Origin: Chrysomallon squamiferum
Lineage: Eukaryota; Animalia; Mollusca
Assembly (NCBI GenBank): GCA_012295275.1
Contig: CM022676.1
Span: 5,208,001 to 5,272,000 of the forward strand
Direction: 5' to 3'
Length of the DNA stretch: 64,000 bases
The notes beneath the pieces are model-generated. The model worked only from the letters and a program-made list of their open reading frames with translations. It made no database searches and had not been told where the DNA came from. Shown piece by piece: positions 1-11,849 of the stretch (its first letter is position 1; every line of letters starts with the position of its first letter). A program made the position numbers and the translations under genes.

Positions 1-260
1 GACAGTACATACCATTCAGAATTAATCATATAATACAGTATTACAAAGCTGCGATATGATGTTACTTACCTGATATAAATAAATGGAAGAGATAATTAAA
101 TACATTATATTACTCTAATCAGGCAGTACATACCAGTTAGAATTGATCATAAGACTATAGTATTACAAAGTTGAGTTATGTCATTATAATATCCTGTTAG
201 AACAGGATATACATTTCTAATTAATCACATAACATTATAGTATTGCAAAGCTGATATTGT
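1..260. repeat. Degenerate tandem repeat (3 copies, ~80-120 bp)
   Basis: cagtacatacca.t.agaatt.atcata..a.ta.agtattacaaag at ~3 and ~124; partial third copy at ~203. Confidence 0.6.
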
Positions 261-625
261 TTATTTGACGCAGTCAAATTACATTCACTTGTTTTGTTTA
301 CATCTGTCTGAGAGACTGTTAAGTTTATCACTCAGTCTAAAGCTAGCTGATCATAACCAGATGTGTAAACTGACTGACCATCCATGTCCATCTAGCCTGA
401 CTAAATAGTTCTCATCTTACATGGAATATGTTCTTGTGCTTGCAGAAATATCAGGCTGTTAATCTGAAAGAACTCCAATGTACTTTATTTTTAAGTTCTT
501 TGGATTTTTTTTTTTGAATATATTACAACATCATGCTGAAGTGTAGAAGAAAACTGAACTGAAGAAGTAAATGTTGATATGAAGCTGAAGAATGGATGGT
601 TATTTTGAAAGATTTACCTAAAATT

Positions 626-937
626 ATGTCTTTTCTAGTACATGTATTTATTTTGTGTTTTATACTGCTTTTAACTGTGAGGACTAATAATGGTATGAAA
701 CAAAAAAGAAGGTAAGATTCTGGGGTTTTTCAAGATATATTTTTATAAGTGTTTAAGTGCAAAGTTGTAGTGATAGTATATTTCCTGTTACAACCATATT
801 TGCAAACTGTATATAGATGAAACCAAAATGAGAATAGCAAAAATATAATTATTTAATTAATATTACTACAGTTTTTTATTTTATTTTATTTTATTTTATT
901 TTATTTTATTTATTTTATTTATTATGTTGATTTACAA

Positions 938-972
<35 letters not shown>

Positions 973-2511
973 TATTATTATTAATATTATTATTTTTCTA
1001 TTAATCTTAAAATATTATATTATTGATTTAGAAATTATTATTATTATTATTTTAATTTCTATTAGTCTTAAAAATATATCATCAAACATGCTATTTCACA
1101 CTGAATTTTTTTTTTTAACCATAATTACAGCAGTGACAAAAAACACAATATCCCAATCCAATTAACTGCGAAACATAAACCAAACTGCCAGTCATTGAGA
1201 TGTAGCCAAGATTGCAATGAAGATTTAAGTTACCCACAATGCACCTGTCTTTCTGGATATATATTACAAGAAGATTTAATTTCATGCAAAGGTTTGTTTA
1301 TGTTTTAATTCTTTTCTCATTAATCTTATTTCTTTAATTTACTATTATTTGCTGAAATATTTTCTTTATTTTAAATTTTTAAAATTTCTTTTATTTTTAT
1401 CAACAACTGTTAAATTTTTGTCTTACATGTGAATTAGTTAACTAGGTAAAAATTCTATATCTTAATTTTTAACAAAAGTAAAAATAATAGTTAACAAATT
1501 AACAATCTGTATATCTATTTTTGAGCCAAAAATAAAATGATAAACAATGTATTACACAGTTTATTAAACTTAATAATGTAAATGTCAAAATCACAAAATT
1601 GCAAAGGTGAAATTATATTTTTCTAATTAAGAAGTAATCAAAATTTATTTAAGAAATATAATAAGAAAATTGAGAAACTGATTTTTAACTAAAATTCTAC
1701 CTAAAAAAAAAAAAATAATAAAAACAAATAAATAAATAAATAAATAAAAAATTAAAAATAAATAAAATATTTTAGTTCAAAGTTACTGCTAGTTTAAATT
1801 TCTTTCAGTTAAACTGTTTTAAATGAAAATAATGTTGGAAAATAGAAAAGTTATAAATGTTGGTTTGATACGGTAAAGAAAGGCAAAAATTGCTTCTAAA
1901 ACATCAGCGAGTATATTTTCTATTTAAAGCAGCATTTGCCACCTGTTATTTTCAGTCACGCATCAATACTGAATAAAGAATAGAGATTATGTTTCTACAG
2001 ATAAGACAGATAGAAGGATGAACTGAATGTTGCAGATATTTTGATTCCTGAAATCTCCATGTAAAAAAAAAAAAAAAAAAAAAAGTTGAAGGAAGAAATG
2101 AAAATAAGATAAAATAAAATATAATAAAAAATTAAATGTTTAAGAATGAAGAATTAATGGAAAAGAAATTTATAAGATTAAACTTTTAGGTTGACATGAG
2201 CAAACATAATGTTGATGTCTTCTCTGTCAAACTTATCTTTTTTTTTTTTTATTATTTTTTTTTTTATTAAGAAAAAAAATTAATGTTTAAGAATTTGGAA
2301 TTAGTACAAGAGAGATGTATAAAATCTGCATAATAAAATGTTTTGATACATATGTGTTTGTGTGTGTGTGTGTGTGTGTGTGCATGCTTGCATATATGTT
2401 TGTACTGATATTAATTTTATTAATAAATATATAAATTAAGAATAATATTTAAAATAAAACATTTTTTTTAATTTGGATATATTTATACAAGTAACATATC
2501 TGTTTGTGTGT

Positions 2512-2554
<43 letters not shown>

Positions 2555-5500
2555 TGTGTGCAATCAAATATGTGTTTATATTGCTATTAATTAATATATA
2601 AATTAAGATAATAATTCAAAATGAATTTAAGATATATTTTTTGATTTGGAAATATTTTATTCACAGATCTGAATGAATGCCTGCAGTTTCCAGATGTATG
2701 TGAACATGGCTGTCACAATACACCAGGAAGTTTTATGTGTGTGTGTCGAGATGGTTTTTCACTGAATGATGATGGCAGAACCTGCAGGAAAAATAACGAT
2801 TACAGTATGTTTTGTTTTCATAGATCATGAACCATTTCATAGATTGTTTATTTATCTTTTAAAAAGTTTTCATTAATTTTTCTTTAGCTTATTTATTCCT
2901 TTATTCAGTTGGTGATTTATTTATCTGAATATCATAAACCATTTCCTGATAATGTATTTATCTTACCAAAAAAAAGGTTTTTTTAAATTAATTGTTCTCA
3001 TTATTCAATCAATAGCTTATTTATTCATTTATTCATTAATTTGTTAATTATCAAGGAATAAATATACTTATATCATCTATATTAATTATAATATTTAAGT
3101 AAATATTCACTAATTTGTTAATTTAATAAGAATTCAGGGTCTTAATTTATTTCTTTTATTTTGAATCAAGGCAAAACTTTGTGCAAAGAAAGTGAAATAT
3201 ATCAATCTATGGCATCCAAAGATTCTAAATCTCTTTTAGGAAATGTTTTAGGATTACATCCAAGATCATCTATCAATAAGAATCATCATGTTACAACAAG
3301 GAATCCTCATAACATTCCTGAAACAGGTCATCCCATTGGTTCATCCTTTGTCAGCTGACACATTTTCAGCCAGTGATTACCCTCCATGTGGAATTACATG
3401 TCAGTCTGTGAATGGTGAAAACACTGATGGTAATAATGTTCCTTGTTCTCCAATTATATGTCCTAATGGCAGTTATGGTCCTTGTTGGCATCAACCTTGT
3501 ACTGATAAATCTGGGCAAGTTATTGGACCTAAACTGATTGAAAAGGAATCGTTGGAGATTGGAAATGTGAATAAAAAAGTAAAAAATAATAAAAAATCAC
3601 TGTTTGATGATGAAAACTGGGGACCTTTTGTTTCTACAGACACTGGATTTAATGATGTCAAAAGGAATTCAGATGAACAGCAGTTTATTCATGGTCAATT
3701 TGATAGTTATAACAAAAACTTAAAATCAGTTTCATCTCAAAAGGTTAGCAGCAGTAAACTGGAAGGACTAAATATCAAAAGAAAACAAAAATTAACTAAA
3801 GATTTACTACTGCAAAAAGACAGAGATTTCAGAAACAAGTTAAAGAATGGAAAATACAAAAAATATAAATTTGATTCAAATCAAAAAGGTTCAAATGTGC
3901 ACCCTTTATCACAGAATAAAAAAGGTAAGCAAAATTTAAAAAGGATGAACAAACAAAATAAAAAGGTGCCTTCACCTCTTTTGGATAAATACAGTTTGAA
4001 GATCACCAATTCAAAATTTAATAAAGACAAGGAAGATATATTTCAGAACTTTTCAGAAAAGTTAACAGATGAAGATAGAAACATACAGAATGATGAGTGG
4101 ATATGCCGTGGAGATTTGTGTAACCAGAAATTACAAAATGAATCTGATGCTACTCCAGAACAGAAGAGAACTGATGAATTATTCATTAGGTGTCCTCCTG
4201 GCTATTATAGGACATTTATTGATGGACAAATGATCTGCCAACAGTTCAGGAAGAGTGTTCTTAGGAGACTTCTCAAAAAGAAAAAATGTCCAAAAGGACA
4301 AAAAGCTGCTCTGACAGTGTTTGGAGTCAGATGTGTTGGGCCTGATGGAAAAATAGTTTGTCCAAAAGGTAAGACGTTAATAGAGACAGTTGCTGGAGAC
4401 AACTGTGTTGCTATAACAACAGAAGCAACTTGTGATGAGGGCTATGAGCTTGTGAATACTTCTGATGGAGTGCATTGTAAGCCAGTACATACCACAACTA
4501 CCACAACAACAACAGTTCCTATAAGATGTCCAGATGGACAGGTTCTAAGGGATACAAAAAAAGGGCCTAAATGCTTAATAATCACCCCAACAACATTACC
4601 AACTACTACATCAACAACAACTAGCACAACACCAAAACCAACTACTACTACTACCACCACCACAACACCAAAGCCAACAACCACAACTACAACACCAAAA
4701 CCAACAACAACCACTACTACAACACCAGAACCAACAACACCAAAACCAACAACATCAACTACTACTACTACTACTACCCAGAAACCAACCACAACTCAAC
4801 TCACCTGTCCTGATGGTTTGAATCGTGTTCAGACATCAGTTGGTTTTGTCTGTCTCTACACTGGTCAAACCAGATCAACAACAACCCAACCTCCTCGGAC
4901 CTGCCCTCCAGGAACTACATTAGTTGAGACTTCAAGTGGTCACACCTGCCAAGGCAGACCAGTGACCAGACTGCCAGACACCAGATGTCCATCAGGTCAG
5001 ATGTTAATCAAAGGATCAAGAGGACTCCGATGCAAAAGAATGCATGGAGGTATTCCAGACGAACATCTCTGTCCACCTGGATTAACACCTGTGAAAACAG
5101 ACACTGGAACCAAATGCAGATATCATAAAAAGAAGACTCACATTAATAGTATTTCTGGTGGTGGATGTCCAAAGGATCACATCCTGAGGATGTCAAAAAA
5201 TGGGTTTTATTGTGGGAAGTTGTTAACTGATTTGTTACCGGAATGTTCCAGAGGACAGGTGGTTGTTGAGATTAATGGAATATTAAAATGTATCAGAGAA
5301 TCTCAGTCAACACTTCAGTGTGGATCAGGACAGGTCCTCGTCCAGACTCAAAATGGATTCTTCTGCAGACATAAAAAGTTTAACTTCATCAAAAACTGTT
5401 CTGATGGTGAAGTTTTCGTTATTCGAGATTCAGAAGGTCAGTGTGTGAAACTGGATAAAAATCACAAACTCTGTGAATCAGGCTACAAAGCCATGATGAC

Positions 5501-8164
5501 TGAAGATGGTTTGCTTTGCAAATTATTTCAGTTAGAATTTGGATGTCCTGAAGGATATTACTTAGTTAATTCTGATGATTCTCCAGGATGTTTGCCATTA
5601 AGAGAAAACTGTGGTCCAGACCAGCCTTGTCCTATAACAAATCCTGTGGTACCTTGTGATGAAGGATACAAACTGGTCAGCAGAGGATCTAGATATTTCT
5701 GTGAACTGAAAGAACATGTTGATGTTGTTTGCCATGATGGATCAAGTTCTTCTAGATGTTTTATAAAACCTGCAAGACAGTGCAATTCCGGATATATTCA
5801 AGATGGCTGCCATCCTCAGTGTGCCAATGGTGGAACATGCAGAAATGGATCGTGTGTCTGTCCTCCTGGAATCACTGGAAAGGCTTGTCAGAATGGTATG
5901 TATTGAAGATCATTGTTTGATGACTTTTATGGCATTTCAAACCTATCATCTGTTTTCTGTTAATTTCTTTTTGTTTAAAATAAAAATAGATTATATTTGT
6001 TTTATTCATATCTCTAAGATAGTTATGTTTTTAAAATTAATTCTTGCATCTGGTGAGTGTGATATAAATAAATACATTATACTGTATCTTTCTGCAATGA
6101 TTAGTATATATTAGTTATTTCTAAGACAAAAATTGCTAATAAATAATATATTTTTGTACAACCACTAAGTATATATTATTTTTTTCTAAAACAAATATTG
6201 CTGGATAAATAAAATATGTTTATTCACTATTAAGTATATATTGGTTATTTCCATTTTCAATATTGCTGTGAAGTACTGTCTAAATTAAATCTATATAGTA
6301 TATTAAATGTTCAGCAAATATTCATTGGTACATTTAATATTCTCTGAGGTTTCTACATTCAACTTATTCTTCTATTATGACAGTAATGATGATTATAAAA
6401 AAAATAATAATAAAAATAAATAAATTAATAAATAAATAAAAATAAAAATAAATAAATAAAATGAAAAGGATCGTTTATATAACATAAATTTATTATTATT
6501 TATTTTATTTTTGTGTTTCAAGTATTCCCTTTATTAATTAATTTTCTAATTAATTCATCTTCAATCTCTTGTTACAGATATTAATGAGTGTGAAGGATTG
6601 GCATCCACATTCTGCCAGTACAGATGCAAGAACACTTTTGGCAGTTTTGAATGTACTTGTCCTTCTGGATCCACCCTCAACTCAGACAGACGAACATGTA
6701 AAGGTAAAATTTTAAAATACATGTTATAACAAATAATGCTTTATATAAGAACAGCCATTTACATTGTAAGTAATAATTTTATAACATTTGTCATAACAAG
6801 AAGAAAAAGCAAAAGTTTATTTTTTTTTTATTTATGTGAGTCTTCTGTGGGTGTGTACGTGTGTGTGTGTGTGTGTTCTTACATATGCACACAGATGCAT
6901 AGACACAGATACAAAAATACAAACAAAATTGTGTATGTATTCACTCACATACATCCACACAGACAAAAATACTTTTTTATTATTATTTAATTTTGTTTTG
7001 TTTAATTTGATTTTTTATTTTATTTTATTTTATTTAATTTTATTTGGATTTTTTTTTTTTTTTTGATTTTTTTTTTTTTTTTTTATTTTATATTTTTTTA
7101 TTTTATTTTTATTTACTTTTTTTATTTATTTATTTATTTATTTATTTATTGTCAAATCACAGTCATATCAGAATTTTGAATTATTGCTAAACATAATAAA
7201 CTGTTTCCCAGACACCCACACATATATATTCATATACATATATCTCCACAATCGTGGATAACATTTTGTATGTACCTTACAATATTTATTTTAATTTTAA
7301 TTATTTATTTTATTATTATCATTGTTGTTGTTGTTGTTATTTTTCATAAATATATTCATTTTTTTTTCATTTTTTTTTTTTTTTTTACAGAAATACAATG
7401 TATCCCATCATGCATGAATGGTGGAGAGTGTCAAGATGGGGTTTGCCTCTGCCCTCCAGGTTTTACTGGTTCTGTCTGTCAGGATGGTAAATATAAAAAA
7501 TAGTAATAATAAATAATAATAAGCACAACCATACTTAAACCATGCTAAAGATAATTACATTACCATGATTATTTATTAATTTACATTACCATGTTTATTT
7601 ATTCATTTATACAATTAGTTTTTTCAAGAAATATTCAATAGTTGTTTTGAGGGCATTTTCAAATTACATTTTCATACATATATTTATTCATTTTTCAGTA
7701 AATAGATACATATTCTAAATAACAAATATTCAACATTTCATAGTTTTTTTTTTAATTTGGAAATCCATTTTTAAAATACATTTTCATATTTATTTGTTTA
7801 TTTGTCATTAAAAATAAATATCAACAAATTTAATAAAATACTTTTGGAAATGTTTTACAAATTATATTTTCATATTTATTTATCCATTTATCAACAAATA
7901 AATAGATAAACAATAATAAATATACAAAATTTTTGGAGGGTGTTTTTGCAAAAGCATTTTCATATTTATTTATTCATGTTTCATTAAATAGTATTAAATA
8001 ATAAATATTTTAAATTTTCAAATAAACTGTTTTCAAATAAAAGATGCTGTGTTTATTTTTTATAGTTAAAAACAATGTTAATGCAAAAATCCTTTTCATT
8101 GTCATTGTTAAATGAAATATAATAAATAAATAAATAATAAAATAATTTTTTTTAATAATAAATA

Positions 8165-8200
<36 letters not shown>

Positions 8201-8912
8201 AATAAAAAATAATAATAAAAAATGTTTTATTTTTGAGTGATATAAATGAATGTGATATATTAAAACCATGTAAACACTACTGTAGAAATAAATAAATAAA
8301 TAAATAAATAATAATAATAAAATGTTTTATTCTTGACAGATATAAATGAATGTGATGTGATGTGAACACTACTGCAGCAATAAATAAATAAATAAATAAA
8401 TAATAATAAAATATTTTATTTTTGATAGATATAAATGAATGTGATATATCAAAGCCATGTGAACACTACTGTAGAAATAAATAAATAAATAAATAAATAA
8501 TAATAATAAAATATTTTATTTTTGATAGATATAAATGAATGTGATATATCAAAGCCATGTGAACACTACTGCAGCAATAAATAATAAATAAATAAATAAT
8601 AATAAAATGTTTTATTTTTGATAGATATAAATGAATGTGATATATCAAAGCCATGTGAACACTACTGTAGAAATACATATGGAAGTTATGCCTGTCTCTG
8701 CCCACCTGGGTCAAGACTTGCACCTGAAGGTCATTCCTGCCTAAGTAAGTTTTTTTCTTTCTTTCTCTATTTATTTATTTAATATTAATATTGTTGTTGT
8801 TACTGTGGTTATTATTATTATTATTAGTAGTAGTAATAATTTATTTATTTCTGCATATATTTATTCATTCATTTATTTATTTATTTAATACTGCTATTAT
8901 TTGTTGTTGTTG

Positions 8913-8965
<53 letters not shown>

Positions 8966-9180
8966 TTTTTAAGCTCAAAAAGTTATTATTTAATTTGTGC
9001 TGTTATTGTTAATTATTTTTTGCTTTTTTGGAATATTTTTATTATGGACAGTTGTATTATTGTTGATGTTATTACTATTTTTTAAATTATGGTCTTTTAT
9101 TCTAAGATGTCACAAAAATTATCTGTATTAACAAATAAAAGATAATTCATCAGTATCAAAAAAAAAAAAAAAAAAAAATA

Positions 9181-9218
<38 letters not shown>

Positions 9219-9786
9219 TGATGATGATGATGATGATGAAAAAAATATTTAAAATAATTCAAAAACAAATTTTAAAAATATATCTATATTTCAGATGTGA
9301 CTTGTAAACCTGCTTGTAGATATGGTGGCCGATGTCTGAATGGTAGATGTATTTGTCCAAAACAATTTACAGGGTTCATATGTCAGCTAGGTAATTTACT
9401 GATTGCTTTTATTTTCTTTAGAAGGAACTTTCTCTAAAAACTAAACGTATAATTAAATAATATAGCTGTCATTTGTTATCAGGGTTTCGTTTTTATAAGC
9501 ATGATGTTAAATTTAGTGATTTGAATTAAAGTCTTCTTGATTTCAAGTTGTTTTATTATTATTATTATTATTATTTATTGCAATTTTATTTTATTATTTT
9601 TATTATTATCATTATTATTATTGTTATTATTAGTATTATATTTCAGATGTAAATGAGTGTAACCAAGGCAACCATGGCTGTAGTCATTCCTGTCACAACA
9701 CATTTGGATCTTACAGATGTAGCTGTCCCAGAGGAATGGTTCTTGGAAGAGACAAAAAAACATGTCAACGATATCGAAAACACTAA
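626..9786 (+). CDS. Secreted multi-EGF/calcium-binding-EGF protein with C-x14-C repeats and a mucin-like Pro/Thr region (9 coding exons)
   Basis: Phase-consistent GT-AG exons: 626-711 (signal-peptide-like [23 protein letters not shown]), 1131-1291 (EGF-like, [27 protein letters not shown]), 2667-2804 (cb[28 protein letters not shown]), ~3355-5895 (large exon, ORF 3288-5906; 5' boundary uncertain), 6578-6703 (DINECEGL..), 7391-7486 ([14 protein letters not shown]), 8625-8744 ([11 protein letters not shown]..), 9295-9390 (EGF), 9647-9786 ([11 protein letters not shown]). No transmembrane segment seen. Confidence 0.85.
3355..5895 (+). CDS. Large internal exon of the EGF protein: basic low-complexity region, 16 C-x14-C repeats, Thr/Pro mucin tract, one EGF
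   Basis: Part of the 872-aa ORF 3288-5906; donor G|GTATG after 5895; phase-1 acceptors at 3354 or 3369 match the upstream exon. Confidence 0.85.
8221..8672 (+). repeat. Tandem repeat (5 x ~100 bp) spanning the acceptor and first ~45 nt of a cbEGF exon
   Basis: ttttatttttgatAG|atataaatgaatgtgatatatcaaagccatgtgaacactactg repeated; AGs at 8339, 8428, 8528 and the real one at 8624. Confidence 0.9.
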
Positions 9787-9955
9787 TTAAAAACGTATTT
9801 TAATCCTATAGGTAGCAAGTGTTTCAGAAAACAAAAAGAGAAAAAAAAAAAAGAATATTACTAATACATTTTTAATTGTTTTGAAATTTTAAACTTATTT
9901 CAATTCTGAGGTTATCCTTATTCAGACTGAAGATGCTTCAACCTCTTTTTAAATG

Positions 9956-9961
9956 AATAAA
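9956..9961 (+). other. Candidate polyadenylation signal of the EGF gene
   Basis: AATAAA about 170 nt after the stop codon, followed by T-rich sequence; weak evidence because the genome is AT-rich. Confidence 0.35.
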
Positions 9962-11471
9962 TAAAATTTGTTAATACTAGTCTTAATTTTCTTTCTTTTT
10001 TAACATTAAACATTCTTAAGATAGCTTTTGAATATACTAACATTTATGCTACAAAATTATCTAAGTATATTTTTCATACAAATTATTGTTTTAACTCTAC
10101 TAGTTACATATTTTTACTAATAATAAAGTATGACAATAAAATAATAACCTCAGTAAATAAGAAATCACTACACAATTGCATTATCATCAGGCCTTCATGG
10201 ATTTCTTTTCATGGTACACAAAATCATTGTATTAATATATGGGCATACTTGTGTCCAAAAACTTGTAATGTTATGTTTTGTTATTTGAAAATACTGGTAA
10301 TTAACAATAAATAAAAAAGATCACTTGAAGAATTCAAAATATATTTTGATTTGTTCATTACAAAGTCACACTTTAAAAATGAATAAAGGAAAACTTAACA
10401 GTTATAAATTTCTTTAATATGTCAAATGGTTGTTTTGTTTTGCTTGTTTTTCCATTTTTTTGTTGCATACAGGGTGTTCTTGGTATGTATCTTCAGTACA
10501 TACTATGAAAACACCATGATGAATAACAAAATGATGCATAAAGAGAAATTAATGCAAATAGCATAGACATGCCATACTTTCATCACTTAATTACATAAAT
10601 ACACTGTAATGAAAAATAACAAATGTGTAATAAATAACTTACTGTAAATATAAAAAATAAAAATAAGTGAAAAACACTTTGCTTGGAGAATTACTGTAAT
10701 GGCATTAACACACTGCTCATGCTTTACATTTCATGATGTAACTGAAAGAAAAAGGATGTTAAGTGAAATGTTGTCTTTTATTTCTTGCTGGTATTTTCAA
10801 AATGAAGTACATAGTGGAAATGTATTGTGAGGTTCTTCTGTAATATGACAATTTGACAGAAGAAACCAGATGTCTACAAGGCCTGAACTTGTCAGATAGC
10901 AAGTAATAAGCAATCTTTGAGTTGTGCCTACCCACAGACAGAAATTGCACATACTACAGCCAAATAGGTTTTCACTGTACATTAACTATCACAAAAGACA
11001 ACTACATCATGGTTATTAATATTTTATTAAACTTTAAAAAAATGTACAAAAGCTATTGTACATGAAATGTATGTAAATAGGTATATAGTCTGGAACTTAC
11101 CATAAACAATAATCTCATCAACAGACATTATCTGACAAATTTTTTCAAAACTACCAATAGAAAATGTTCACCAGCATTATTTAATTTATATTTTTTTGCT
11201 GGTTTTCTTTAAGAAATTAACTCAGTATATTTTATTAATAATTCATTCTTTTTTCTGTATACAGATTAATGACCATCAATAATTTAATTTTCACCATCAA
11301 ACATTTTCATAACAACATCACTGTTTACATTTTATTACATATAATAATATAAATAACCTGTTATTTATTTTTTCTGTATTCCCCCTCATTGCTGTGGCTG
11401 TGATCTGAGCAAAGTATCTTTTATTACTATTATTAAATACTGAGTATGTACACAGAGACATAAAGAATTAA

Positions 11472-11811
11472 TTATTTCAGACTTGGACTTTTGTTTGTTG
11501 AGAAAGGACCACTTGTTAACAGTGAACGTAGACTTGTAGAAGGTTCAAGATGAGTTGGTGTTGGCTTCACAACTACAAAATAAATCAATAATAATAATAA
11601 CAATAATAATAATAATAGAAATAATAATAATAATAGTAATAGTAGTAGTAATAATAATAGTTATAGTAATAACAGTAATAGTAATAACATTAACAATAAT
11701 AATAATAACAGTAATAATAACTAATGACAATAATATTAACAATAATAATAATAACAGTAATGATAACTTATGATAATAATATTAACAGTAACAGTAATAA
11801 TAGTAGTAGCA

Positions 11812-11849
<38 letters not shown>

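Noticed and set aside
61-75. ACTTACCTG resembling the U1 snRNA 5' end (also near 37928)
   Set aside because: No downstream U1 stem-loops or Sm site; it is just the reverse complement of a donor consensus. A minus-strand exon at the window edge cannot be confirmed.
4442-4792. Minus-strand Val-rich 116-aa ORF
   Set aside because: Antisense shadow of the ACN-codon mucin tract of the + strand gene.
8221-8672. CRISPR-like repeat-spacer appearance
   Set aside because: Eukaryotic intron, the 'spacers' are (AAAT)n, there are no cas genes, and the repeat is a copy of the splice junction.
11545-11773. Ile-rich ORFs on both strands that look like membrane proteins
   Set aside because: Translations of (AAT)n microsatellite. 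The same applies to ORFs at 8791, 33083, 40166, 42722/42762, 50604 and 60173.
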